Source: Podarcis gaigeae | Taxonomy: Eukaryota | DNA: 64,000 bases | Direction: 5' to 3' (one strand) | Assembly: GCA_964106915.2 (NCBI GenBank) | Contig: OZ066919.1 | Shown here: positions 38,800 to 51,824 of the stretch, piece after piece | Layout: each line of letters starts with the position of its first letter | Position numbering within the stretch: the first letter of the stretch is position 1 | Program-made: the position numbers and the translations under genes | The notes under the pieces: generated by a model | Database searches by the model: none | The model's input: the letters and a program-made list of their open reading frames with translations, nothing else | What the model was told of the DNA's origin: nothing

Positions 38800-39127
38800 A
38801 CCTATTCCTGATCCACAAGAGGACCTCTCCTTTTATTCCATGACTGCTAAGCTTACTCGGGAGTCTATTCAAGGTACCTTGTCAAATGCTCTTTGTAAGT
38901 CCAGGCACACTATGTCAACAGGATCATTTCTATTTTTATTGCTTGTTGACACTCTCAAAGAACTCTGCATCAGCAAGGCTTGTTCTTCTTAATGCATGGT
39001 TATTTTATCCTGAACATTTCCCACCAGTTTTCCAGGGACAGATGTTAAGCTAGCCAGCCTGTAGTTTCCAGGACCCTCCCAGATCACTGTTTTAAAAATT
39101 GTGTTACAGTGGCTATTTTCCAATCAT
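38800..39127 (-). mobile_element. CR1 reverse-transcriptase fragment
   Basis: Minus-strand motifs WKIATVT, GNYRLASLTSVPGKLV and DIVCLDLQRAFDKVP, with deletions and stops. Confidence 0.85.
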
Positions 39128-39439
39128 GCATCTCCATAGAGCTTAAATAACACATAAACAGAGCAATCCCCCCCCCAACTTGGCAGCTTTCCAGCAGTAA
39201 TGAAGCCCAGAGATTATTCACCACTCTAGTAAAGGAAGACACAGAAAGCAAATTATAGAAAAAGAAGTTCCCCACCATCACATAATTTATGTGGTATATA
39301 GAGACGGTGTCTGTAACCCACACACACAAAAAGACTCCCAGGCAATTAGAGATGTTTGCATAATTAGATGTCAATGTGTGTAGGCCATTCCCTCTTCCGG
39401 CCCTTTCTTTATCTTGCTGCTTGGCTGCAGGGGCCATCC

Positions 39440-39600
39440 AGCCTGACAGTGCTGATATTTAATGTCAGGTCAATTCATAATAAGATCCCACTTATCCATG
39501 ATTTGATCATGGACAAGGTAGCCAACCTGGTTTGTATTAATTACCAAGACTTAAGTGGGTAAGCTGGGTGGACTGAATTTGACCCAGCTGTGCCTGAGAG
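39440..39600 (+). mobile_element. L2-clade APE endonuclease N-terminal fragment
   Basis: LTVLIFNVRSIHNKIPLIHDLIMDKVANLVCI resembles the LINE endonuclease start (LLNARS..NK...IHDLI....DLACITETW). Confidence 0.75.
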
Positions 39601-41949
39601 GGCCTTATCTATTTAAGGATGGTGTAACAGTGTGCAATCCTTAATGGTGGAGCTTCAGGGGCTTATGTTGTTTCTTTTTGCCCTCTTTATAACCATGTTT
39701 TGCATTTCTTCAAATATGGCAGCACTACTCCTGCATATTTATATTCTCTGTTAATCATGACATCATGAGTGGAAACAGGGCAAGCCAAAGAGTGCTGAAG
39801 GGCAACAAAATCAATCCAAGCTTCTCATTAAAAGGTAAAAGCGTCAATAATCTTTGTCAGGCCTTTTTATCTTGTGGTTTAGCACACTGTGATCCCTTAG
39901 GCAACAACTGTTATTGAGATTTTAAAATGATCCTTGATTTCACATCTCCACCAGATTAACTCTTTGACTACCTGATGAACATTAACATTGCCACTTCTAG
40001 CACCTAAGGGCAGCCATGCAATAAAGCAGCAGCTTCCTGAAATCTGAGATCAGAAATGATCTGTGGCAGGTATCTAATACCAGTTGCAGTACAGTGAGAG
40101 TCAGCAAACACAAACTATGGCTCCCACCATCCCTCGCCATTGCCCATGCTTGTGAGTTTCAGTCCAGCAACATCTGCAAGGGCCAAAGGTTCTCGACCCC
40201 TGCTGTAATGAAACAATTTACGTTTTGGAAAATAATTATTTTAGGTAATCCCTCCATTTTCACTTATTTTTCCTATTAATCACAAAGTTTTAAACTTGTT
40301 TCCCAGCTCTTTCCAAGGCTTACCCTTTTATGTAAATTTCTATTCTTTCCATCCATTTGTATCCTTAAAGGATGTACAGCCTGGTTCAACCACACAACCT
40401 TTTGCAGACAATTATCATGCTCAATATCCTCTTTCTAAATTAAAAACAGCAACCCTGTGATTTATTTCCCTGTTCTTTCCAAGTTCTGGGAGTGTGCCAA
40501 GCCACTGCAGTGGGTAAAAGAGGGGAAAAGATACTCAGGTGTACTGCAGGGGAGCCAGATGTCACGATTGAAAACCTCGCTTCTTGCACCTTTCTAAATC
40601 CCAATTGATGTTCTGCATGAATGGGACCATCCGAACACATTTAGAATTTTGTACTAGGTGAAATTCAGTGGCAACTATTCTGTGACTGAGTGAGTTGCAG
40701 GACTGCTAGCCAGTGATGTCTGTCAAGCCCGGGTACTGCACATCTGACCCCAAATATAGCAGAGTAATACTACTGCTAGGTAGCATTTTGCAATTATGGA
40801 ATAGTTGGCTTGAACTCTACAGTCTGACTCTCTCATACACAGAAGACAATGAAATGGATGACTGTTTTCCACTGCCATGTCAGATTCTTTATTTCATTCA
40901 CAGAAGCAAAACTTCAGCAATTGCAGTAGTGAAAATGATTCTAAATTGTCACATTTTTCAATACCGCATTACATTGAAACCTGTGTTTTTATCCGCCTTC
41001 CACAGACACACTTTATTTTAGCTGTGATGTGACTCCCTCCTGTATAGGATTAAAAATAAATACCGTTTCCTAAAAGTAGAACCTAGCCTCCTCCTCTAAG
41101 AGTGAAGAAATTCTGTTGAGAAAAAGAGAGGAGAGAACAGCAACAGAATACAGTTTATAGGAAGTCTTATAAAAACTAGCATTCATTTATTAGACAACTC
41201 CCCTCTTGCAGGAAAACAGCATCTATCTACCAATGCACAGGCACTTAACTTAATCAACAGCCTTCTTCTAGCAGTAGAGTATGAATGCAGAATTGCAGAA
41301 TAAACATTCTGATTTATTACACTTGCTACAACTGGATAACATTTTATGATAATTATATACACTGTACTTATATCATTGAAAGGGTTTTTGAAAATTCCCC
41401 TCTCCCCCTTAAATGTTGATATCGGGTCACAAAAGCCTATATATAGAAAATAATTTGTATTTGAAAACATTTAATTTGAGAAATTGATTATAAAACACTT
41501 CCTATACTTGTGCTTTTTCATTCACCCTTACCAGGACCTTGTGAGGTCACTGTGGTTTATTTATAGAAGAAAAACTGAGACAGATGATTAGATCAGCCAG
41601 TGAAGTTATGGCTGAGATGCATTTGGAACTAAAGTTTGCACAAAAGCCATGTATTTTGCATAGTCCAGTCAGGTGTTCACTGAACAACCAAAAAAGTAGG
41701 CTGTGCTCCAGGGAAATGGAATATGTTTTCTAGGGTAGGATGGGGGGTGCTAGCTTATTCAATTAGGAAACCAAGCCATTTGAATTGCATAGCCAAGACT
41801 TGTCCCTGTCCACCACATAGCCAGCAGTAGAGATTATTGTAGGTTGAAGGCTCCTGCAGTTCTAGACCATGAGGAATGGTGCCTCCAAACCCCAGAGTGG
41901 GAGCTAAATTTGGTGCCAACAAAGATGGTGGTAGCAAAATATTCCATGG

Positions 41950-42122
41950 GAAATGCTTCTGAATACCAATTGCTGGAAACCACAGGAGAGGAGAGTGCTC
42001 TTGGGCTCAGGTCTTGTTTATGGGGTTCCAACAGGCGTCTCACTGACCACCATGAGAAGAGAACACTGAACTGGATGGGCCATTGGTCTGATCCAGCAAG
42101 CTCTTGTTTTCTTATGCTCTTA
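41950..42122 (+). mobile_element. CR1-type 3' end
   Basis: ctgaataccaattgctgg...gaactggatgggccattggtctgatccagca...ttcttatg tail. Confidence 0.75.
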
Positions 42123-43048
42123 CATTTAAAAAGCCCCTGTCATTGGACTCTGCCACCTGGCAATCTGGTCACCACTATTGATATATATTTGGAGGAAGTA
42201 TCTGGTTCTCCAGAACCTCTATAAACACTTCTGACTTTTGTGCAGCTGGAGTTTAGCCTGCTAAACAGCACTCCCCCCCCCCTTTGCCTCTGGTCCAGTA
42301 CTACCATGTGGTCTTCAGACAGTTGTCTGGGAGGTAATGTGGCTCTAGGGCTGAAAAGAGTTTCCCACCCCTTTTCTACCACATTCCACGTTGATGGGAC
42401 CTGCTGGGAGTTCCTTGCCCTCCAAAGCCTAGAGGTGGCATTGCAGCCCATACCAGCTCCCAAACAAAGTCAGTCTGCAAATACTGCAGCTAATGCCTGC
42501 ATAAAAGGGCATGGCAATAAGCTTTTCCTAATAGCAGGTATTGCATTCAAGATAATACAGAAAAAGGGCAAAACATATATATATATATGAAGAATTATAG
42601 CCTATGCAAATGAACAAAAGAGGCTTCCAGTCTTGTTTCAGCCACCCCAATGCTGCCTTTTTTTGCCAGCACTATGCAACCCTCTTATGGAAAGGGTCAC
42701 ACTGCTTTTCTTGATGTGGTCGGCTGGTGCATTACAAACATTCATTTCAGGACTAAAAGGCTAATGAAAGCATATAAATTTGTATCTATTAGTCTTTAGT
42801 CAGCATTCTGTCTCTGTCGAGGCTAAGCAAATGAATATTTTAACTGTGGCATTTAGATTAATTTTATGCTGTAAATTGCCTATATTCACATATGAGATTT
42901 CTGGAGCTGATCTTTAACAAAAATTAACTCAAATAGAAGGCCACAGATATCTAGCAGACTTCGCTGAGATTTTTTTTTAAAAAATTTGCCATTGAGCCTA
43001 TTTATGTAAATAAAACAGAACAGCTGAGCGACCAAATGCACAGCAGCA

Positions 43049-43080
43049 TTAGTCTTCAAATGTGGCATTTGAATAGTCAT
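43049..43080 (-). CDS. Probable terminal coding exon portion: (D)DYSNATFED*
   Basis: Strong acceptor ttttttttacag|AT. Phase-1 entry matches the GAA G| end of the 49890-49937 exon. The TAA is followed by AT-rich UTR-like sequence, with AATAAA-type signals 1.5-2 kb downstream. Confidence 0.45.
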
Positions 43081-46000
43081 CTGTAAAAAAAAATCTATGG
43101 ATGCAACTCTGAGGGACTTGCATCAAAACTGTATCCAGAAAACAGATAATGAGAGATTTTTGAAAACATTTTATTATGGGCATGATGAATAGTTCAGGAC
43201 TAGATTCATATTACTGATTTCTCTCACGTCAAAATGCATGACCCTGTATTCACTCCTACACACGCATGTGCACACCTACAAATGTACGCAATAATTTTCA
43301 TCACTTTATCTCTCCAAGGCTCACATGTTTTCATGTACATCTAGTTTGTTTCTGATACATAGACAGATGCACCCTTTCCTTCTGGTACACAGGAGCAATT
43401 TCCCATCAAGTGGTAACAGTGGAATAGTGCAAAGAAAGAACCCTCTGATATTTTTCCATATTCAATCAAAAATAAAGATGTGGAGAAAGAAGTCTGCTTT
43501 GTACCCCATCTCTTCTCCTGCTTTCAGCAATCATGGCTTCCAGCGTGGAACAAGATCCTCAGAAAAGAGCTCAGCATCTATTGAAACTGTTTTGGTGGGC
43601 AGGACCAGTTCAGGAAATTTTTCTGGCCAAGGCAAAGCCCACATCCAGGTCATACAAGGAGTGGACCTGACCAGCAGCTGACTCTAGTTTCAACACTCAT
43701 GAAGCTACAATGTCCTCCAGAGGACCTGAGCATAGGTGACTGGCTTTGGAGGTGTATGGCAAGACAAGTGGCATCAACAGCTCTGTCCTCCAAACCGCTT
43801 TGCTGCTTCCAAGCATCAGTCACCTGGGATGGCCATTTCATCCTGCCTAATGATAGTGTTGGCCTTGCTGATAGGATTGCTTGCAATATCTAGACCAATC
43901 TGTGCTAATTAAAGGACATTTCTCTCTTTGAGATAGGCTTTCCTGACCCAATGCCCTCAATGGTCAGTCATCACTGATCATTGTCCATGGTGGCTGGGAT
44001 AATTGAAGTTGCAGTTCTGGAACAGCTGGAAGCACTTGATATACCTTTATCTTCAGCCAAGCCTTTGGCCTGATCTCCTGTTTCCCTAGCCTCCTACAGC
44101 CTGATTTCCTATCATTCCTGACTGTCCCTATCCCTCTAAGAGTGACTATGAATGCCCTGTGCAAAATGCAGACTGTGCCACTTCTACATTCTGCAGGAGG
44201 CAGATATTAAACACAAGAAGCAATGGCATATATTTTTCTGTTTTTTTAAAAAAAAGCTAGCCTACCATAAATAATTTTTGTAATACCTTCTGAAATGCTG
44301 ATGTTGATAAAAGTGTGAAGAGCTTACTTCCTATTTTTCACTGATAACCATAAACAGTTACATTTTCCTAGCCTGTGTGTTTCAGTTGTACACCAAACAA
44401 TATTTTCTTGGGTGTCTCGTGTGCAATGTAGAAACTAGTCAGAAGGCTTGAGAATGATGCTCATTTGCTTCCTTGCCTTTGGCAAGCAGGGAGAAGTCAA
44501 GACTAACTGGAGAGATACCGTTCTACTATTACAAATTTATTTTCCATAACAAGAAGCTGTCATTGTCCTGAGGATCCTGTATTTCTAAGATAAAGATGAA
44601 AAGATGCTCTTATCATCATGACAACCATATTTACTTCCAGCTTCCACAGCCATGTACAATATGTAGAACCATGTATTGTCACCGTACATTGAAAAACAGA
44701 GTAATGTGTTTATACATTATATATATAGAGAGAGAGAGAGAGAGAAACAGAAAATAAAAGGCACCACTGGGAAAATAACGTAGCATAATCATTTTGAGTA
44801 CCCCTAGGAAAGTATTTGACCCATATAGGCTGACTCCAATATCTGATGGATGCATTTGCAACACTACTGCTTTTGAGGACCCATCTTTGACTGACTAGAC
44901 ATTTGGTGTGAAAAAGAGATCATTTGCAATTCATCGTATGTCAGGCTTCAACTTTGCTTCATGTGTTAAGTGCAACGAATGTCTAATGCCCTATGAAAAG
45001 GCAGGCAACTGCTCAAACTTGTGTGCATGAGTATTCTATATGGGTGACTACTTGCATAAAAAGCATTTGCATTGATCAGGACTGGGTCTATCATGTACAG
45101 CAAGTGAACGTTGCTCGGAAAAAACTTGAATGTTCAGATCCTAGCAGCTAATCTGGAGTTTTGTCAGAACAGGCAAATAATTCAGGATAACCTCCTCTAG
45201 TAAACAGCTTAATCACATTTGTTATGAAACACAGAAAAGCTGGGTTGGAGGCAATTTCTTTCACATTTATATCATTATATATATGTCACATAACATTATG
45301 TTTAATGGCTTAACGTCCCCTTGTTTGAAGCTTCACTGGGGTGCTCTCCGTACCTTATTTTTAAAAATATATTTCAAAGTGTCGGTGTCACTGCTTCAAA
45401 CTATGGAGTAACGGCATCAGCCAAAAGGATAGCTGACATTTTTGTTGCCATAGAAACTACTCATGATGTTCCTTGGGCTTGCCTGGCTCCCTGTTTACCA
45501 TACATCTTAGCCAGCTACTGAGCACACTCCCCTTTTGTTTCACGAGGAATTACATTAAAATATAATTCCATCTTAGTGTAGTCCCCTTTTTGTTGCAAAG
45601 AGGATTACAGAATGTTAAGATACATACCAAGGAAAGTGCAAAGTGTTGATAATATTGCTGTATGGTTTTTGTGCATTGTTTTTGGATTTTTTTGAAAAAG
45701 GAGAGGAAGACGCAGATAACGTTACTTATATTTTCTCTAAAAGATTTCAAGTTATTTGTCAATAAAGCACTCCTCAACTTCAACAGAGCAGTCAAAGAAG
45801 AGGCACTTGTGTGAATAACTAAAACCAAAAAGGAAAAAAAGAAAGGGCTCCATAGTTTTGTAATACATCACCAGGATTTAACAAGGTGATATGGAAACTC
45901 CTTAGCACTGCTATCAAGTATCTTCATACAGAGAGGTCCCGCTGACCGTAGAGAAATTTTCTCAGAGTTAAGATGAGAAGTCTCACAAGACAGATGTGTA

Positions 46001-46470
46001 TTGTAACACAAGTTGTCTTATATTCCAATCCAAAGAGCTGACACATTGACATAGACTCTTGCAATAAATCCCAAGCACTGACACAATGGAATACTTCATC
46101 CCCTTGCACCGTTACGGATGCCTGGCCTTCTGTTAGCGCAGCAGCCAACTACTGTGCCACCACTTTCCTGAGACTGCTGCATGTTACTGCTACTGACCAG
46201 TGGGCCACGGACAGGCTACATGTTACTTACAGAAGAGCAGCCATGTTGATATCTTTGATCAAGTGCCAGCCAACAGGAAAGTGTGATACTTGTGTGGAGA
46301 GATACAGGAACTCTGTGTGGTGAACTTCTCTATGTTGCATCCCCTTTTTTGTAGTGGCTGCCATTTGGAAACATTTCCTGGTGACTTCTTTACAGTAGAG
46401 CTAACGTTAATTGAGATACTTTCATTGCAGGGGGTTGAACTAGATGATTCTCAGGTTCCTTCCACCTCTA

Positions 46471-47234
46471 TGATTAGAAGACTTGGGAGAATAGACAGAA
46501 TCCCCTGCTGCCAGCTCTGAGAATCCTGAGGGGAACCTCCCCAGGGCTGCCTCTTGAAGAAACTCTCTTATGAGCCCTCAGGCTGAGCTCCAGGCAGCAG
46601 ATTGGTCAGGGATAGGTCAAGTCACCTTACAGTCCTCAAGTGTGCAGGCATCTAAAGATTCAAACCTTGGCCGCAGGCCTACAACAAGGTGCATGCTTGA
46701 AGAACTCAAAGTCATTGTAATGGAGGTGTAAAGAGCTGCTTGAGAGAATGGGTACATTTCAAGAAGAAGGACTATCAGAACACATCAGTGGCAGATGGGA
46801 TTAGGGATCCCCCTGGGAGGCCTTTGAGCAGGCATAGGCAAACTCAGCCCTCCAGATGTTTTGGGACTACAACTCACATCATCCCTGACCACTGGTCCTG
46901 TTACCTAGGGATGATGGGAGTTGTAGTCCCAAAACATCTGGAGGGCCAAGTTTGCCTATGTCTGCCTTTGAGCTTCTGAGTTGCTGGAACAGCACGTGTA
47001 CTCTGTACAACTTAGCTGCTTGTTTTGGCTTCCTAACCTGCCTGATCTTGTGCTATTGGCCCCTGGATCCCTGATGATCGAATGCTGCCTACTTTTGGAC
47101 TGTCTATGTTGTCTTTGTTGTATGACTCTGCTATTGGACCATGCCTGCTCTCGGATGGCCTCACTGTACTTAATATCGGCTTTGCAAGACAATGCATTTC
47201 TCAGTTGCCCCGATATCTGACTGCTACCAGAACA
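46471..47234 (+). mobile_element. Probable solo LTR (Gypsy-like), interrupted by a MITE
   Basis: Purine-rich U3-like half, pyrimidine-rich reiterated U5-like half ending in ...agaaca. The 5' end abuts a SINE tail and no TSD is visible. Confidence 0.45.
46829..46964. mobile_element. Young hairpin hAT MITE
   Basis: Near-perfect inverted arms of about 60 bp; perfect 8-bp TSD cctttgag. Confidence 0.93.
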
Positions 47235-49889
47235 AGGCAGGGCATTCACATACCAGCCAAATCGTGGGGATGTGGCTGTGAGGCACACTGTACTAGCCCA
47301 TGTGGTGATCATCTGAACCACTTGTGTAATGAGACCATACATATGACAGTATATTGATATAGAGCATTCATGAGCTATGTTGATTCATACAAAAATTGTG
47401 TGTGTGTGTTATATTCATAAGAATATTATACAATACTACTTTTTCTGAAACACACCATTTAAAAATAAATAAAATAATGAATATATATTGAAATGTTCTG
47501 CAAAATGCTCAGTGTGAATGGCCTCCCTGCTCCTCTGGGCTGGACGAAGCTCTGCCTGGGCTGGACGAAAATGGAACTGAGTTTCTCAAAGCAGTTACTC
47601 GATGCCACAGCTACTGGAACCAGAGAAATTTGAATGCCACACCATGCAGAGAGCGTAGTAAATTGTTTTCCAAACAAAACCAGGCGACACAAAGAGGCAC
47701 GTTTTCAAACAATGCAAGTTTCAGCAAAAGCTGCATGTTGGTCTGAATTTCCTGGGTTTGACTAGCAGGTTAATTTAGCATGCTCTGTTGCATCAGTTTG
47801 TTGAGTTATGCTATGTAGCAAGCTGTCACACTGTAGAAAGCATGACGTATCATCCCAGTGAGGCATGAAATTAGAAAGATGTGCCTTGCTGGGTGAACCC
47901 TGGATCAACCAAACTTGATTTTCACTCAAACCACGGTTTTCGTTTTCTTCAAGTTTTGCGAAGCAAAAACAAATACTGTAGAGAAACGCCCCTAGCTCAG
48001 CAGTGCCAAGACCCTGGCTCCACACTGGCATGTTCCCCATCAAGTATATACCGGCACATATATTTGCATACCAGGAACTACAGAGGAAGCAGTAGGGAAA
48101 AGAAGGGCCTGAGTTGTTGCATAAGCTCTACCAAATAACCCTCATCTGCCTCAGAAACTGACAATTCCTATTGTTTGCTTTGGGAATCCATGGCTGTTAA
48201 ACAGATTTCAATACAGTACACATTATTATTTTTATCATGTGGACTATTTGCTTTATTATATGAAATTTTATACAGACCAATCCCCAATCAACCCACTTAA
48301 TGGGGGGGGGGGGATACAAATGAAGTAAACAATCACAATACCAGTTTGGATCCAAAGATGCCCTTCTATGAATAGAAGAGCTGCTTCTATATGCAGGAGA
48401 ATGGGCAGTCCATTGGAGGCAGCCATAGACCAAAACGTGGAGTAGCAATTTCCCCCAGCAGTTTTATGTGCTATTTCCAGTGCTGTTTCAGAGGTCCTCC
48501 AACATGTTCAGGGGGCTCAGGAGAAAGTGACAAAAGGCAAAAATCTCAGACAAGCATCCATCTGTGAATGGAATGCTTGATCATGGGATCTCTGGATCCA
48601 ACCGTGTGCAGAGACATGCCTCAGGTTTATATGCAACTCTGGCCTGCTTAGTTTTGTATTCCTATGTCACCCCATGCTTCTTATAATTTGAACTGAGTAT
48701 ATAATTGCTGGCACAGTATTTTAAAGGCAGGGGGACAAATTTCCCTTTCAGCCTATTTGACTACTAATTAAAGCAAGATATATATAGGCTGCAGGTGAGA
48801 ACTGCAAATGTTTTTTTTCTAAAAAAATGACATAGGTCTCCAAATGTGAGAAATTCCCAACACAGATAATTGGGGGGGGGGGTGGCTTTTGATTCACTGT
48901 GTTTGACAAGTACAGGGAGAAATTGGTTTAGTATGTCTGACATGGGAACTCAGAAGGCAAACCTGCTGAGTTCAATGGTGCCAGGTACATGGGCCTAGTC
49001 CTGCAACCTAATTGTAGAAATGTAACAAAGGAAAAGATATTTTGCTTTATCCATCTCTGACAATCGAGAGAAATGGATGAATGTATCCAAGAATAATCCA
49101 AATCAATAAAACATGTGGGAACTCATTAATATCTATTATTTAAATATTATGAATCAGAAACATATGCATTGTTAAAAAATATTTTAAAGTGTTTAAATTT
49201 CAATAAAACACAGAAGCACCATTTAATATAATGCACTATCTGCAATATTATTACGTGAATCTTTGTCTTCCACAAAATTCCTTCATAATGTAGCATTTCT
49301 CATTTTAATATTTTTTTTAAGATAAAAAATAAACCATCATACTGAATATGCGCTTTAAGCAAACCTAATAAAATTGTATTTCAAACAACCTTTGCTGAGC
49401 CTGTCACTGATAGAAATGTTGTCCTTCAGTTGGTATTGCATCCCTCATTTCCTTTCATTTATAAAGTTGAGCTGACATTAAGTTTGGTTAATTTCATATA
49501 TGTGCCTCTAGTTTCTTCAGTATGGCTTTACAGTTTCCATGCACATTTGAGGATTTAGAGTGAATTACTGGGCAGAGCTTGACTTCTGACTAGGAATCTT
49601 ATTAAAGCATTGCCTCAGGGAAGGGTTTTTAATGCAGCATAAATTATCGTGTCAGTTTTCAGCGACAGCATGGTATTTGCCTTCTTTTTTGTCTTCTTTC
49701 CTCTGTTAACTTTTGAATAACACAGTGTGCAAGCTGTCAGATGAGTAGGGAAGAGATTGGGGGGGGGGGGGTTCTGTAAAGCAAAGAGGTTGATATGTGC
49801 AAATGCACACACGAACACACATAGCTGAATGAAGAATACATTGCCAATTTACTTAGAATGGACCTGCCAAAAATGGGCATTATACTTAC

Positions 49890-49937
49890 CTTCCTGGTCT
49901 TTAAAATTATTTGGCTGAGGTACATAAGAAGAACTCT
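49890..49937 (-). CDS. Putative 48-nt exon: phase 1-1 (E)SSSYVPQPNNFKDQE or phase 0-0 RVLLMYLSQIILKTRK
   Basis: Acceptor tttataatctgtag| and consensus donor AAG|gtaagt; frame-preserving length. Confidence 0.5.
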
Positions 49938-51824
49938 CTACAGATTATAAACCTAAAAATGTTTTTCTTCAAGGCCTATGCATGTGCATTTAGGATACAA
50001 CTTTATAGCTCGAATACACACTGGTTTATTTTTTGTGGGGGGAAAATCAAAATCTAGAATTAGGCATTACCTGTATGAGGTCCAATTAAAACACCACACA
50101 GTACTAAGCAAGCTTTTCAGTTGTCTAGAACTTTTAATCAGACTGGATTCAACTAAAACAAATTAGGGCAATAGAGAAAGCTGGCTGAATGTTGAAGCCA
50201 GAAAGTCCATGGAATTTTGTGGGACTCACTCCAGCTAAAATCAGGCTGCATTAGGAGGAACATACTCTGGATATAAAGGTGTCAAGACATATCCAAAGTG
50301 CAGTAACTGGACTATCTCTTATTGGGAGGATTCTCCCATAATGCTAAAGTACGATCTAGCATTAAGAGTTTCTTATTGAACCTAAGAGTCTACTGCTCTC
50401 CCCCTCCCATCTTCTCCTCCGAGATGGTCAAAAGCAGGGCTTTTTTTTCAGCCGAAGTTACCAGTGCCTCTCAGGTTAGCGCCACTGCCATTATAAGAAA
50501 ACAAGGGAGGTGTTCATTTTCAAATCTTCACGGATTGAAGTCCCCACTTCTTAATATTGTAGAAGACCCTTAGGTGTGTTCTAAGTTGAATGGTCAGTTT
50601 ACATGGCTGGCTGGCTAGGCCTACTGGGCTTTTTCATTACCTTGCATGAACACTGCTGCAGCTGTATATTGCAGAGGAAGATTAGGAGCAAGTCATATTT
50701 CAGAAAAACCTGACTGCCATTTTTGATTCTTCTATTGAGGAACCCCTAGTGAACTTCCAAAGAAGCCCAGGGTTCATTCCTGGAACAAGAATGTTTGAAA
50801 AATTTGTATGTATTGAGTTGACATGGATACTGTTTTGAATGACAATTAAGGCACTGACTGAGCACTTTGAGGTTTAGGATAACCATTAGTCCCCAGCATA
50901 GTGTGTAGGAGGAGGGGTAATGCACAAGGGCTGTAAACCCAAACACAAAACCCATGGGGTCTTCAAAAGGCCCCCACGCTATTTTTCATAATGGAGTGCT
51001 AATTAGAACTGAGTGACTAATTCACAGAGAAAATAATGTATTAAATGTGTTCTCAGCCCATTTTGCCATTTGTAAATTGTCTGCCAGTAGCTCGTGGGTA
51101 TTATTCTTTATTACTTACTGACTTAACTTTGTGAGTAAATCATGGCCTGTTGAATCAACTGAAGTAGTTAATCATGAATCCAAGTAGTCAAGCTGTGTCA
51201 GCTAAATAGATCATATATTTTATTTTTGTTCACTGATTATAAAAGCATAACTCAATGAATCAAGTTCTCATTGCTCTCACTGCATAATTCACTTTGTGCA
51301 AACATTTTCTCTTGTTTGCATAACCTTTCCCTTTATGATGCATGTGCCACATATAAAATATAAATAAAGAAAAAAATAGGGTTTCCCGGATTTGAAGATT
51401 TTGCTTTTGGTTTATCTGAGAAGTGGCATAGCCAAATTCTTAGAGCAGGGGCCTCCAATATCACTGGGAATTGAGGCCTTCCACTCTTAACATTATTATT
51501 ATTAGTGGTGGTGGTGGTACAGTAATAACAATCATAACAATAATTTGTATAGGGCTATTTGCATATGTGGTGCTTTTTAAAGAACAATTTCACAGGTTCC
51601 TTTCCCAAGGGGGCTTGCCATTTAATATAGACACAGGAGAACAAGAGCAGAGGTAATCAAAACAGGTCTAAGCATGAGAAATAACAGAGTATTATTTTAA
51701 ACTACACAATTTTGGCCGTGATACACTTGGATCTTGGAGTGGGGGGCGTTATTCATGTTACATAATCACAACTTATAGAACTACCACCAGGATACAATTT
51801 TCATGACAGACGTTTGGTGTAGAA

